From assembly GCF_964355755.1 (NCBI RefSeq), contig NC_092671.1, forward strand, positions 3,348,001-3,412,000: a stretch of 64,000 bases of DNA. Reading direction: 5' to 3'. This stretch comes from Antedon mediterranea (lineage: Eukaryota; Animalia; Echinodermata). The translations under genes were made by a program, and so were the position numbers. The notes below the pieces were generated by a model. The model was not told the origin of the DNA, did not search any database, and saw only the letters and a list, made by a program, of their open reading frames with translations. Each line of letters starts with the position of its first letter. The stretch's first letter is position 1. Below are positions 47,301-59,100 of this stretch, piece after piece.

Positions 47301-50300
47301 GTATATTATATATGAAAAAAAATATTAAAGATGTCAAATTCCAAAAAAATAAAAATAAAAAGACTTCGAAAAAAAGTGGGTCATTTTGAAGTATCATAAT
47401 AGTTATTAACTTTCACCAAAAATTAGTCAAAAAAAAAATCATTTAACTGAAATACAGACGTTTTTTGGTTAAAAAAATAACTTTGACTTCCAGTCAAAGT
47501 TTTCGATCAAAACATATCTTATAATACAATGCGCTAATTTGGCTACTCTGTATGCATAATCATAAAACTTCCTAGCGATCTGTGTGAAAACACCTTCACA
47601 ACCGTGACGAGTTGTAAACAATCCTAATTAGCATCATGCATAATGTATACTCATGGTTTGAAATCTTTGTTTACTTTCGCTCGCGACTATTTCCAGACGA
47701 AATGTAATCAAATTAATTTAGCTGTTAATTACGTAAAATTGTTGTTTTTGGTTCGAATTTTCGACTTAAAGTGAATAACTTTAATATTACTTTGATATGG
47801 CCAATTAAAATTTAGTATATTTTGACCTTCATTTTTTTGTGTTTCAAGGGACAATACATCTTTAATAACTCATGTGTCAGAAACTCATAACTATACTTTC
47901 AGCCACCAAATTTAATTATTTATTGTGCAGAACCAACCAAATTCGAATGTGGGGGTGGGCTAAATTTTTACAAATACAATGCAAGAGAGAACATTTAGGT
48001 CAAGCAATTTAATTCATTAGCACCCCATATTCAAGAAACTTATTTTTTATGAAAATATTTAATTTTTATTTTACAAATTATATTTAGCTGTTGGCTTGAT
48101 AATTCAAACTTCTTATGGTGTGCGTTTGTCGGACCATTAGGGTTCTTTGGATTGGTAAGTAATCACGTACCATACTTTATCTGATCATGTTATGGGTTCA
48201 TGCTTTTTCTCATAGACCACTGAATCACATGTATAAATCATGTGACCTCCAGGACAGGCTTATATCCAAGTCAGTAGGGTGTTGTATTGTGTTGATAATT
48301 ATACATTTTTAAATTTTTCCACTGCTGAAAAATTGTTAAAAACCAGATGCTTATTTATTAATGAAATAAATGTTGTCGAGAGGTCAATCTAAACTGGTTG
48401 ATAGTGTGTTGTTATTTAACATTCTTACAAAAGTCAAAAAATTAATATACAGAAACTTAAAACAAAAGTAATAATGCCCATGTTTTTAGAAAAGATCAGA
48501 TTGGTTAATAAATTATATCATATCATATCATATCATTTATTTCGCCAATATACAGAACAGTACAAAAAAAAAAAACAATACAAAAGTAAGTCAATGAGGC
48601 CGGATAACCTAAAAGTTATAAATAAAAATAACCGTCGAGAGGCTCTCCACATCGAAATACTTACATAAAATGAATAATACATGGATTCTATTAAAATTGA
48701 TACAAAAACTCTTTAGCACTCTGTATAATCAGAAATAGTGACACTGTGGCTTTGTGGTTGACATTCTTGCTTACCAATCCCAGGGTCTATGGTGTAAGTC
48801 TGTTTACAATTTTAGGATTTTGGTGATAATACAGGGTCACATTGTTGGTATGAAAATAAAACAATAACAGTTTATTGTATCTTATTAAAAAATTAAAAAA
48901 AAAAAAATTAATTAATTCAATGTATCTAAATATCTAAGTTAAATTTATTTATTTGTTATATTGCAGTGTACCTTATACATGCTATATCGGATGCTAAGAG
49001 ACATTGATGAGCAAGTTTATAGAGAAGATAGAACAACAATATTTAAGTAAGTGTTACAATTGAGATTTAGAGTATCTTAATAGCACAGAGTGTTACCAGA
49101 CATATAAAAATTGCAATGCTAATTTTTCTGTCCATTTTACACTTACTCGTTTTGATTTAGCTTTTTGCTTATTTTATTTTTGTATCTCCATTGAGATCCA
49201 GCTACTGATACCCACAGCATTGTCATTTTCTCAGTAATTTGCCTTTGAATTATGAAATGAAAAATTAATTAATGTAAAATATTATTATGTTCAAATTTGT
49301 TGTTTTTTCGACAGATCTAGTTACTTTGGAACATGGACTTTACAGATATATTTCTTGATCACATGGGGTGTGGGTCTAGTTGGAATATATGGTCTTTATC
49401 TCTATGCCCTCTACTTATTTGTACTTGCAATGTCATGCTTGGTAAGTTTGAAACAATATTTTATTCATCATTTAAAACAATTTAATACATTTCTGTACTT
49501 GTGAGGGTTTAGCATTATTGCAAAAAAGTAGCTGTTTTTGGCTATTTTAAATGTAAAGCTCTGTCTACACTATCAAACTAGTTTGACAAAAAAAGTGTGA
49601 TGTACCTAAATATGGTGGTGGTATGCCCAAATACGGTAGTGATATGACATCATGTCCATATATGGGCACATCACATTGAGTTTGATAGTGTAGACAGAGC
49701 TTTAGAGAATAATCCGTATCTTGCCGCCTACTGGAGTGAATAGTGTCCCCTCAATAGAGCTGTCCCCTGGATAGGGTTTGACCGTAGTGTTTACAAATAT
49801 ATTGCCTATCGTTCATTTCATTGGAAAGTGTCCCCATAATAAAGGTTTATGAAAGGAGGGGTTTCACTGTACTTAAGCTCTGTCTACACTATCAAACTAG
49901 TTTAAAAAAAAAAGTGTGATGTTGCCTAAATATTGTAGTGATAAGCCCAAATATGGTACTGATTTGACATCGTCATGTCCATATATGGGCACATCACATT
50001 TTTTTTGTTAACATAAAGTTTGATAGTGTGGACAGAGCTTTATATGACATTTTCTATAATGGATGTCCTTTTTGTCTTTATTCAGGGTATTGTCACATTT
50101 ATCGTTCATGCACTTTTAAACACAGAAGTACGGTTATTATTAGGCTTGAGGAATCCAGACAAAACGTTGACACCTATTGAAAAGATTCATTTGGTTAGTA
50201 AAATTATATTGCATAAAAATTAAATTTATCTCTTCATATTTTAATATATTATTAAGCTATTAAAAGTTAATGAGATAATAAAACATTGTTATTGTGGTAT

Positions 50301-51031
50301 AATAATTAAATTTTCAAAAATATAGGTAAGAGTTTATAATTTAAGTTTACATTAAAAACCTATTAAGTGGTGTTATTATCTCTATATCGAATAACATATA
50401 GTTAGAAATTTGTAACACTTTAAAGATGTATTGTCCCCCAAAAACATGAAAAATGAAGATTAATTAAATCAGACTTTGAATACCTTATTTTGTAGTTAAT
50501 ATAAAGTTAATTACATCCGTAGAAAAAAAAACGAAAAAAAATAATGTTTTCACTTGTAAAATGACAAAATAAATGATTAAATTCAACCAAAAATCCATTG
50601 GCTGGCAGCCAATTTGACCATTTTTTGCTTTAAATTACATTTTTTTCAGGTAAATACACTTTTTTTAGACCCAATTTTTGGTCAAAGTGGATAACATTAA
50701 AATGGAATATTCAACAAAATTTGTTTTAAGAATTATTTTTTCAGGACAATACATCTTTAAACCGAGCATGTTCATTTCAACCACAATATACTATTTTTAA
50801 TAATGTTAAATAAATCATTTGGGTTTTTTTATCAATAGCCACCGGAATTTGATGACGTTCGGTACATAAAACCAACTTGTAAGTATTTTTTGTAAAATAA
50901 TAAACGCTTGTTTTATGAACAAAAAGTAGCAGGTCTAATAGATTATGGAACGCCAAACATGCCTACGAAGATTCCAATATACACTATATATATATGTTTT
51001 TTTTTTATTTGTTTTTACAGATATTCCTTGA
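26351..51031 (+). CDS. Large adhesion GPCR (ADGRD1/GPR133-like): Thr-rich stalk, LamG, 2 EGF, 5 further LamG/pentraxin-like domains, GAIN/GPS, 7TM; >=44 exons, >=2,220 aa; N-terminus unresolved
   Basis: GT-AG exons 26351-26506, 26847-26909, 27292-27369 (mucin); 27967-28323, 28574-28737, 29143-29350 (LamG1); 29459-29572, 30228-30341 (EGF); 30610-30669; 31237-31611, 32033-32335; 32437-32655, 32823-33056, 33436-33684; 33944-34129, 34440-34557, 34870-34978, 35179-35443; 35809-36111, 36405-36598, 36985-37156; 37373-37537, 37854-37995, 38581-38777, 39765-39962; 40466-40581, 40992-41180, 41730-41798, 42212-42329, 42503-42658, 43037-43109, 43571-43691, 43911-43969, 44362-44488 (GAIN/GPS: CSFW..GAWDTRGC..HMTSF); 44804-44907, 46040-46142, 46475-46661, 47184-47256, 48088-48154, 48967-49046, 49315-49441, 50086-50193 (7TM: WLFIEA, GWGVP, CWL, FVGP, TWG); 50839-50878, 51021-51031. 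Phases are consistent through to the TGA. Confidence 0.92.
28811..29012. mobile_element. MITE with imperfect TIRs (CCAACTCAGATAGCATCGTACGA) and internal GACGA repeats
   Basis: Inverted termini and a CpG-rich palindromic interior inside an AT-rich intron. Confidence 0.7.
31854..31952 (+). ncRNA. Minimal type I hammerhead ribozyme motif (Penelope-like-element type)
   Basis: CTGATGA at 31883-31889, an extra A, stem II gtctagct-gac-agctagat, then GAAAC-t-GTC (31910-31918). It is closed by caa/ttg and a long stem, gatagtaaaccagtaattttaacttac pairing with gtaagttaaaatgactcgtttactatc. Confidence 0.8.
39128..39633. mobile_element. Non-autonomous DNA transposon, ~506 bp, ~47-bp perfect TIRs (GGGAGGTTTCGCAACCTTACGAATACG...)
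   Basis: Perfect long TIRs with TTA/TAA flanks; Harbinger-like and probably a recent insertion. Confidence 0.85.
42784..42908 (+). repeat. 16-17-bp minisatellite (aaaagtatgacatcatt), about 7 copies
   Basis: Direct tandem repetition in an aGPCR intron. Confidence 0.9.
44970..45680 (-). mobile_element. 5'-truncated CR1/L2-like LINE 3' fragment (ORF2 C-terminus, in-frame stop)
   Basis: LYKALILPVVTYCCCMWAP...LERVQR*ATRII...RLKTLNILS...RLWEQLPNEIK..SDFKAQL, followed by a 3' UTR with AATAAA and an (ATT)n-like tail. Confidence 0.85.
50424..50756. mobile_element. MITE family C, TTAA target, TIR AGATGTATTGTCC (Kolobok-like)
   Basis: TTAA|AGATGTATTGTCC...GGACAATACATCT|TTAA. Homologous copy at 57412-57768, related element at ~47329-47861, fragments at ~24878 and ~42350-42470. 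Confidence 0.8.
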
Positions 51032-53117
51032 TGCCAGGATCTGGACTGTAATCATATTCTATTTGTACTTTTTAATAAATTTACTAATATAATAATATAC
51101 ACATTTTTAAAATATATAATAAATATATCATTCTTGTCTTGTCTATATGTATTATGTACAGTGTATTGTTATTTACAGATATATTATATTCATATGGTAA
51201 ATTTAAATGTTTTTAATGTCGTTGTCTTTCAATGTATTTGTACTGTATTCTTTAGAAACTTATTGTATTTTATTAAACAGAATTAATTATTTTAAAAATA
51301 TTTATATGGTAAATTTAAATGTTTTAATGTTGTTAAACTAATAAAAAGCACTTTAATGTATTAGTACTGTATTCTTTAGAAACTTTATTAAAAAGAATAA
51401 ATTAGTTTTCAAAACTGCTAGAGCTATTATGAGTATAGCAAGTCACTTTTTAAATAATCAATATATTTATATGTTTATTATAATAAATTTTAACTTATAT
51501 TTTCTATTACATTATAAATATTTTACCAAAATAAATTTTAATATTTAATGTTTATCTTGACTTAAGTTGTTACTGATATAATTAAGTTTTGCAATCCAAT
51601 TTATATCGTCATATAGTATTCTCAGTAACATCATTGGTTACAGCGTCATTATCATCAGTAACTACCACCATCATTATCACAACAATCATCGTCATCATTT
51701 CATCCATCTTCATTTATTAATAATATTCTGGATTTATAAAGCGTATAATGTTATGAAACCTATAATCGTTGTACATATTATTACCCCGATCATGTTTTAA
51801 TCACGTATGGAAACATACTCCCACAATGCAGCTAGTAATCAGCGCAAAGTTGTGTCTGAGTCTTATCAGGTAGAGAGAGGCAAACGTAACTATCTTGCCA
51901 AAAGATACAAGCAATACGACTAGCGTTGGATTCGAACTCACGATCAGATGTCCAACGTCCATCCCATGGCCACTTCATCGTCAAATGACCATCGTCATCA
52001 TACCTGGAATCATCTGTTATAATATCCATAACAAATCAGTATCACCACGTCATCATTGTCATCGTCGTCGTCATCATTATCATTATCATCATTATTTCAC
52101 CAATCATTTTCAGAACCAGCAAATCCATGTCTTAACCAACGTCGTCACACAACTCATCATATAACTACTCTACTCTTACGCCTTCTTATTATTTCAATTA
52201 TTCGCATTAATGATCTGGTTGCTTATCATGTTGACATGAACAGATTACGTTGCAGTAAAGGGAGTTTTGCTCTTCAGTAAATGTAATTATAAAATCTCAG
52301 TAAATCTCATTCAATTCTCGTAATGTCAGTTTTATTGCCCATCATTAGTGCAGGCAACATCTATTCAATCAAGTACTGTACTTGAACATTAAATCCTTTA
52401 TTTTAGTCTCAGAAAACATTACAAATGTCTTCGATATTTTTCATTTTAATTTAATCAAACATGTATCACATATACAGTTATACAGTTCATTGTCAAACGA
52501 AAATTATAAATATTAAAGAATGTAATTCCGACATAAAACTAACGTTCTACTAAATATATCAATTAAATTTTAAATATTTTTAATTTTAAAATGTTATTAA
52601 ACATTTAGAAATACTGTATGTTGTACAAACGTGTTTACATGAAGCATAAAAAAACAAGTTGTTACGTAACTATGATGTATTGAACAAACATTTAGTTTAG
52701 CTGAGTGGGACCCAATCAAACCTGACCTGCAGGCCTAAAACAATAAATTGGATATTGTAGCACAGGGCTACCTTATTAGGCCTGTGAAAATATCGATAAC
52801 TGATAAATTGTTATTCATTAAATCTGTTTTTAGGATTAAAAAGTATAATAAAATACGTAATCATACTGATAAGTATTACGTTTTGCTGTATGTTATATGC
52901 AAAACGTGTAAGTCATACTAGGCCTATTATAGTTTTGATAGTTAATGTGTTAACGAAAAAAAAAAGTATCATTTGTTACGCTCCACATTATGTGACGTAA
53001 TAATAATAATAATATTGCGTTATAACAATAGCCGAGGTCGGTAGTCTTTGTGCACTTGAATTATCAATACTAATTACGTAATCTTCTCTTCACAATTGAT
53101 GTAATAAGACTCAAGTA

Positions 53118-56100
53118 CTATCTGAATGAGATGGCACAGTTACAAGATCTATCGACTGATATCCACTGCCATTTGTAGGCGCCATAACCTTCTCCACTGC
53201 TGTTAATTTTACGTGCGTATGCCTTAGTCCAGCCTTTCTTTTGTTTGCACGCCGACTTGATACCTTTTAAGGAACAGAAATTAGTATATGCTTAAATTGA
53301 ATCCGTACAAATAAAATATTATAATAATATTATCACCCCTCCTTTGGATCACCCCTATTCAGGAACACCTCTATAAAAATAACCTTTTCAGTGAAACGAA
53401 CAAAGGGAAATATTTGTTTTAATACAAATGCTGATCCTTATTCAGAGGACACCCTATTAAGGGGACACTTTGATTGGTCTCGAATGTATCCCTATAGGAG
53501 TTACTGTAATACACTATTCAGGGGACACCCTTATTAAGGGGACACTTTGATTGGTCTCGAATGTATTCCTATAGGAGTTACTGTAATACACTATTCAGAG
53601 GACACCCCTATTAAGGGGACACTTTGATTGGTCTCGAATGTATCCCTATAGGAGTTACTGTAATACACTATTCAGGGGACACCCCTATTAAGGGGACACT
53701 TTGATTGGTCTCGAATGTATCCCTATAGGAGTTACTGTAATACACTATTCAGGGGACACCCCTATTAAGGGGACACTTTGATTGGTCTCGAATGTATTCC
53801 TATAGGAGTTACTGTAATACACTATTCAGGGGACACCCTATTAAGGGGACACTTTTATTGGTCTCGAATGTATCCCTATAGGAGTTACTGTAATACACTA
53901 TTCAGGGGACACCCCTATTAAGGGGACACTTTGATTGGTCTCGAATGTATCCCTATAGGAGTTACTGTAATACACTATTCAGGGGACACCCCTATTAAGG
54001 GGACACTTTGATTGGTCTCGAATGTATCCCTATAGGAGTTACTGTAATATACACTATTCAGAGGACACCCCTATTAAGGGGACACTTTGATTGGTCTCGA
54101 ATGTATCCCTATAGGAGTTACTGTAATATACACTATTCAGGGGACACCCCTATTAAGGGGACACTTTGATTGGTCTCGAATGTATCCCTATAGGAGTTAC
54201 TGTAATATACACTATTCAGAGGACACCCCTATTAAGGGGACACTTTGATTGGTCTCGAATGTATTCCTATAGGAGTTACTGTAATACACTATTCAGAGGA
54301 CACCCCTATTAAGGGGACACTTTGATTGGTCTCGAATGTATCCCTATAGGAGTTACTGTAATATACACTATTCAGGGGACACCCCTATTAAGGGGACACT
54401 TTGATTGGTCTCGAATGTATCCCTATAGGAGTTACTGTAATACACTATTCAGAGGACACCACTATTAAGGGGACACTTTGATTGGTCTCGAATGTATCAC
54501 TATAGGAGTTACTGTAATACAATATTAAGGGGACACCCCTATTAAGGGGACACTTTGATTGGTCTCGAATGTATCCCTATAGGAGTTACTGTAATACACT
54601 ATTCAGAGGACACCCCTATTAAGGGGACACTTTGATTGGTCTCGAATGTATCCCTATAGGAGTTACTGTAATACACTATTCAGGGGACACCCCTATTAAG
54701 GGGACACTTTGATTGGTCTCGAATGTATCCCTATAGGAGTTACTGTAATACACTATTCAGGGGACACCCCTATTAAGGGGACACTTTGATTGGTCTCGAA
54801 TGTATCCCTATAGGAGTTACTGTAATACACTATTCAGGGGACACCCCTATTAAGGGGACACTTTGATTGGTCTCGAATGTATCCCTATAGGAGTTACTGT
54901 ATTACACTATTCAGGGGACACCCCTATTAAGGGGACACTTTGATTGGTCTCGAATGTATCCCTATAGGAGTTACTGTAATACACTATTCAGGGGACACCC
55001 CTATTAAGGGGAAACTTTGATTGGTCTGGAAGGTATCCCTATAGGAGTTACTGTAATACACTATTCAGGGGACACCCCTATTAAGGGGACACTTTGATTG
55101 GTCTCGAATGTATCCCTATAGGAGTTACTGTAATATACACTATTCAGGGGACACCCCTATTAAGGGGACACTTTGATTGGTCTCGAATGTCCCTATAGGA
55201 GTACTGTAATACACTATTCAGGCGACACTTTATTAGCTCCCAACGTTGTCCCCTTTAATGAGGGTTCTACTGTATGTATTAACACTATAAGGCCAACCCC
55301 TTTTCAGTGGACACCTTTATTAATGAGATACTTTTTTTGGGGCCACGAAGGCGTCGTCCCATTAATTGTGGAGTCTATTTAGAAATTATTAAATTAACTT
55401 ACGTATTACACCTATACAGCTGTCATTGAGTGATAAACATCGGGTTGTATAAACCCACGTATTTGCATGTAATTCGACTGTTTCAAGTAAATCATTAATT
55501 CCTGTTGCTACCAACTCGTAGTCGCTGGTTTCTTGGCATGAATCTCGTAACAAAGCTCTCTAAAACGGTAAACATTTGATAATTATTTATAACCGATAAA
55601 CGTAAAAAATAGTAGTAGCGTTATTATAATTTATACAGTATATTATGAATGTTTGTTTGATTGGTTGAAACTTTCGATGAGGCTGATTGGCTGATCAGGC
55701 GGAAAGTCTGACAACAATCTGTCGTCTGATAAAGAACTACTGACCAATCACAAAAAACATACTGGGCTCTCGCGACCACGGAAGACCGCCCACTAAATTA
55801 CCACCACCAGAGAAACGACAACAGGGCTAAGAATTGAAAGAATGTAAGTACACCAAATTTGTCTAATAATAATCTTAAAAAAAGTAGCCTATTAAATGTC
55901 TTTGTTTTCTTGTCATCATCATAAATGTGAGAGATCTACGGAAATAAAATTAAAATAGGCATAAGCGTCATTCGTCCACTGCAATCTCCAGGGCTAGGCC
56001 CTGACTAGCTAGGCCACCGTACATTAATCCGGGTGCGAGCCGGGTCAAGGAATCCTTTGTTTGGGCTGCGGAGTGTGTGCGTATGTTGAGGGATTCGAGT

Positions 56101-59100
56101 AGCAGGGATCGATGATGTCTACGGTACCTGATTAGCATAATGGCTAGACTGATGACTGAAAAACTTTGTGTAGTGGAATAACACAAGCTACGACAGTTTT
56201 AAATTATTGTAAAATAAAAACTTTGCACCGTGATAACATTTCACGTAGTCATGTGTTCGTGTAGAAATTGTAAACCAAACACACTTGATACATCGGTGTA
56301 TTACATATATTTATTATTCAACAAATAAGTTACTATGTTGTTCCATTTTTAAACTACTTTAACTTATCGATTTAATATATTTTTTGTTTTGTTTTTTATT
56401 TTAAACTAAAAATCTTCATGAATGTTACTATTAATTTTGTCAGTTCTTGTTATATAGTGGGTGTTATGGTGGGTGTTATTAAAATATTTATATTAAAATT
56501 ATATATTGAAATTAATAGCATATATATATATATTTTATTTTAAAAAAAGAATTATATTGCCACTCATCCAAGTGAATCAATGAAAATCGAAACATCATAA
56601 CGCCGCTAATTCAACCAGATTTTCCTTTACGAGCAATTCTCGATATCGTATATTATTTCGACTCGTAAATATACTTTACGTGTGGTTTCTACCTCGAATA
56701 TTATATCCACAAAATTGAGCCATTTGTATTATAATATTTATACTCAAAACGTGTTTAAACCTGTAGTCATGATTTTTTCTCTAACTTTACTCTGACATTT
56801 TTTCTAAACCAAGATAATAGATATTAAATAATGGCATACGCGTAAATCCACACGCAGCACGTTTTTGATATTATTTTCTAAATATTAACACACATCAAGG
56901 GTAATTACACGAAATGAATCCACCAAGTCAATTTATAGATCAAAGTAAAAGAAAATCTATAAGTATTTTAAATGGTGTACTTGTACGATAATGGCCTTGT
57001 TATTCCAATTGCTATATTCAATATTGAAATTCTGTATAAACCAATATTATCAAATTAAAAACAAAAGCGTAATACTATATATATATCTTGTTAATATGAC
57101 TAAAATATAGGTCTACTGTGTTGTATGCTTGCATTGGTGAAACGATAACGTTAAAATAAGTAAAATAGGTCTATTCAAATCCAATACAATAACGTTGTTG
57201 TTTATATTTACAATCCCTCACAAATGATACACATATTTATTTGGTTAGAACCCATCATTTGGTGGACATCCCTATTCAGGAAACACCCCTATTAAGGAAC
57301 TGTCTTTCCTTTTAAATGAACGACGGGCAATATATTTTACACTACGGCCATCTCTATTCATGGAAATCCCCTATTCAGGGGACACTTTGTTCGATATTGA
57401 AGTTCCTTTAAAGATGTATTGTCCCCCAAAAACATGAAAAATGAAGATTAATTAAATCAGACTTTGATTATGCTATTTTGTAGTTTTATTAGATTTAATC
57501 ACTTCCGTAGAAAAAAAACAGAAAAAAAATTATATTTTCACTTTTAAAATGATAAAAATAAATGGTTAAATTCAAACCAAAAACCCATTGGCTGGCAGTC
57601 AATTTGACCATTTTTTGCTTTATATTAAAGTTTTTTCAGTTAAATACATTTTCTTTCCATCCAATTTTTGAAGTTGATAACATAACATAAAAAACAAAAA
57701 TAACATTAAAATGGCATATTCAACAAAAAAATTCGTTAAAATTATTTTTTCAGGGGGACAATACATCTTTAATAGAGGTTGTACTGTTATTTTAAATCGT
57801 TGGTGATGTGGTTGACCATCGTGCAATTTCAATCAATGATTTTTTCTAAATAAGGTTGTAACTTAATGCGATAATTCAAAGAGAATGGAGTGTGTATATG
57901 GTCAGTTCGTCTACAGATCCATGTATTATGCAGAGCTTTCAACAGCCGAATTAACGGGCCACTTAAGATATACAACCGATTGTGAAATTCGCACAGCGCA
58001 TTCGGGTACAATCGTTATTAGTATGGACAGACCGTCAAACAGGCAGCGAGATTTTGATATGCTTTGACGTTGACTGAAGTTAACTTAAAAGTTGAATTAA
58101 GTTAAGAAGACAAAGGCTCCGAGTTAGTGTATTGATACCACCTCTCCACGATCTACTTACTCTATTCCTGAAGATTACTGAATCATCATAACTTGAGGTA
58201 CTTGCTGTAATGTTAGGTTTAGTTTCTGAGAATATTACACCTGGATAAGCTTCCTTTTGCAGCTTACTATAGTATGTCTGTAACAAAATATGTAACTATC
58301 TATTACTATAATAATATTAGAGCATTATTAGGAAAAATATATAAGATCACATCTCTTAATTTATTAGAGCATAATATTATAATTTATTTTAGGCTGTTAT
58401 ATGCATGTACGTATTTCTTGACATATGATTAAAAAGGAATAAAGATACAATTTCCTATATTGCTTTATTAGGAATAATGAATATTACATAATCTTCATTA
58501 CTTAATCATTGTATTCCCGTTCTTACCGTCCAGGTATCTATTTACGTTAATCGAATACCTCGATAGAGCATGGTGTTCAAAATCCGGAAATTACGATACT
58601 TTGAGCAAGAACAACACCAACTGCACCAGCGATGCTAACTGTAAGTATTTTTATGTTGTTGGCCCGGGCGCATTATTTTTTTTCCTATCTGGTTATGGCA
58701 GATATGTGGTCTGCGCGCTCTTATTTTCGAAACAGTGCAAAAGGTAGGACATTAATAGGTTTAGAGACATTTTTCATCATATCCTCATACCCACCCACCA
58801 CCAGCGTCCCCTTCCTCATATTTATAAATCATGGATCCGCCAACACCGAAGGTTGGTGGTTGACTCATCATGTGTGTACCAATGTTAGCACGTGATTATG
58901 CTACCAACATGATCCGCCCACGTACAAATAGCCAAAGTGAGTTACTTACCGTTTTATCTATAGATCCTACTTTGTCAAGTGGTTTAGATTTTGAAATACG
59001 TGATATGATAAACGGTGACGAAGATATTTCAAACGTATTGGTTGCCTTGGCTGGAATAAAAAAAAACAATCGTTGAATATGTTATGTCGACACAAACTAT

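Noticed and set aside
51190-51410. ~115-bp imperfect direct duplication in the aGPCR 3' region
   Set aside because: An ordinary AT-rich local duplication with no evidence of function.
53264-53275. TTCCTTAA near the neurotrophin last acceptor as a U12 branch site
   Set aside because: Too close to the AG, and the donor is a standard GTAAGT (U2-type).
53436-55230. CRISPR-like appearance of the regular array (also 20578-20990)
   Set aside because: Units are contiguous and near-identical with no unique spacers, there are no cas genes, and the context is a eukaryotic intron.
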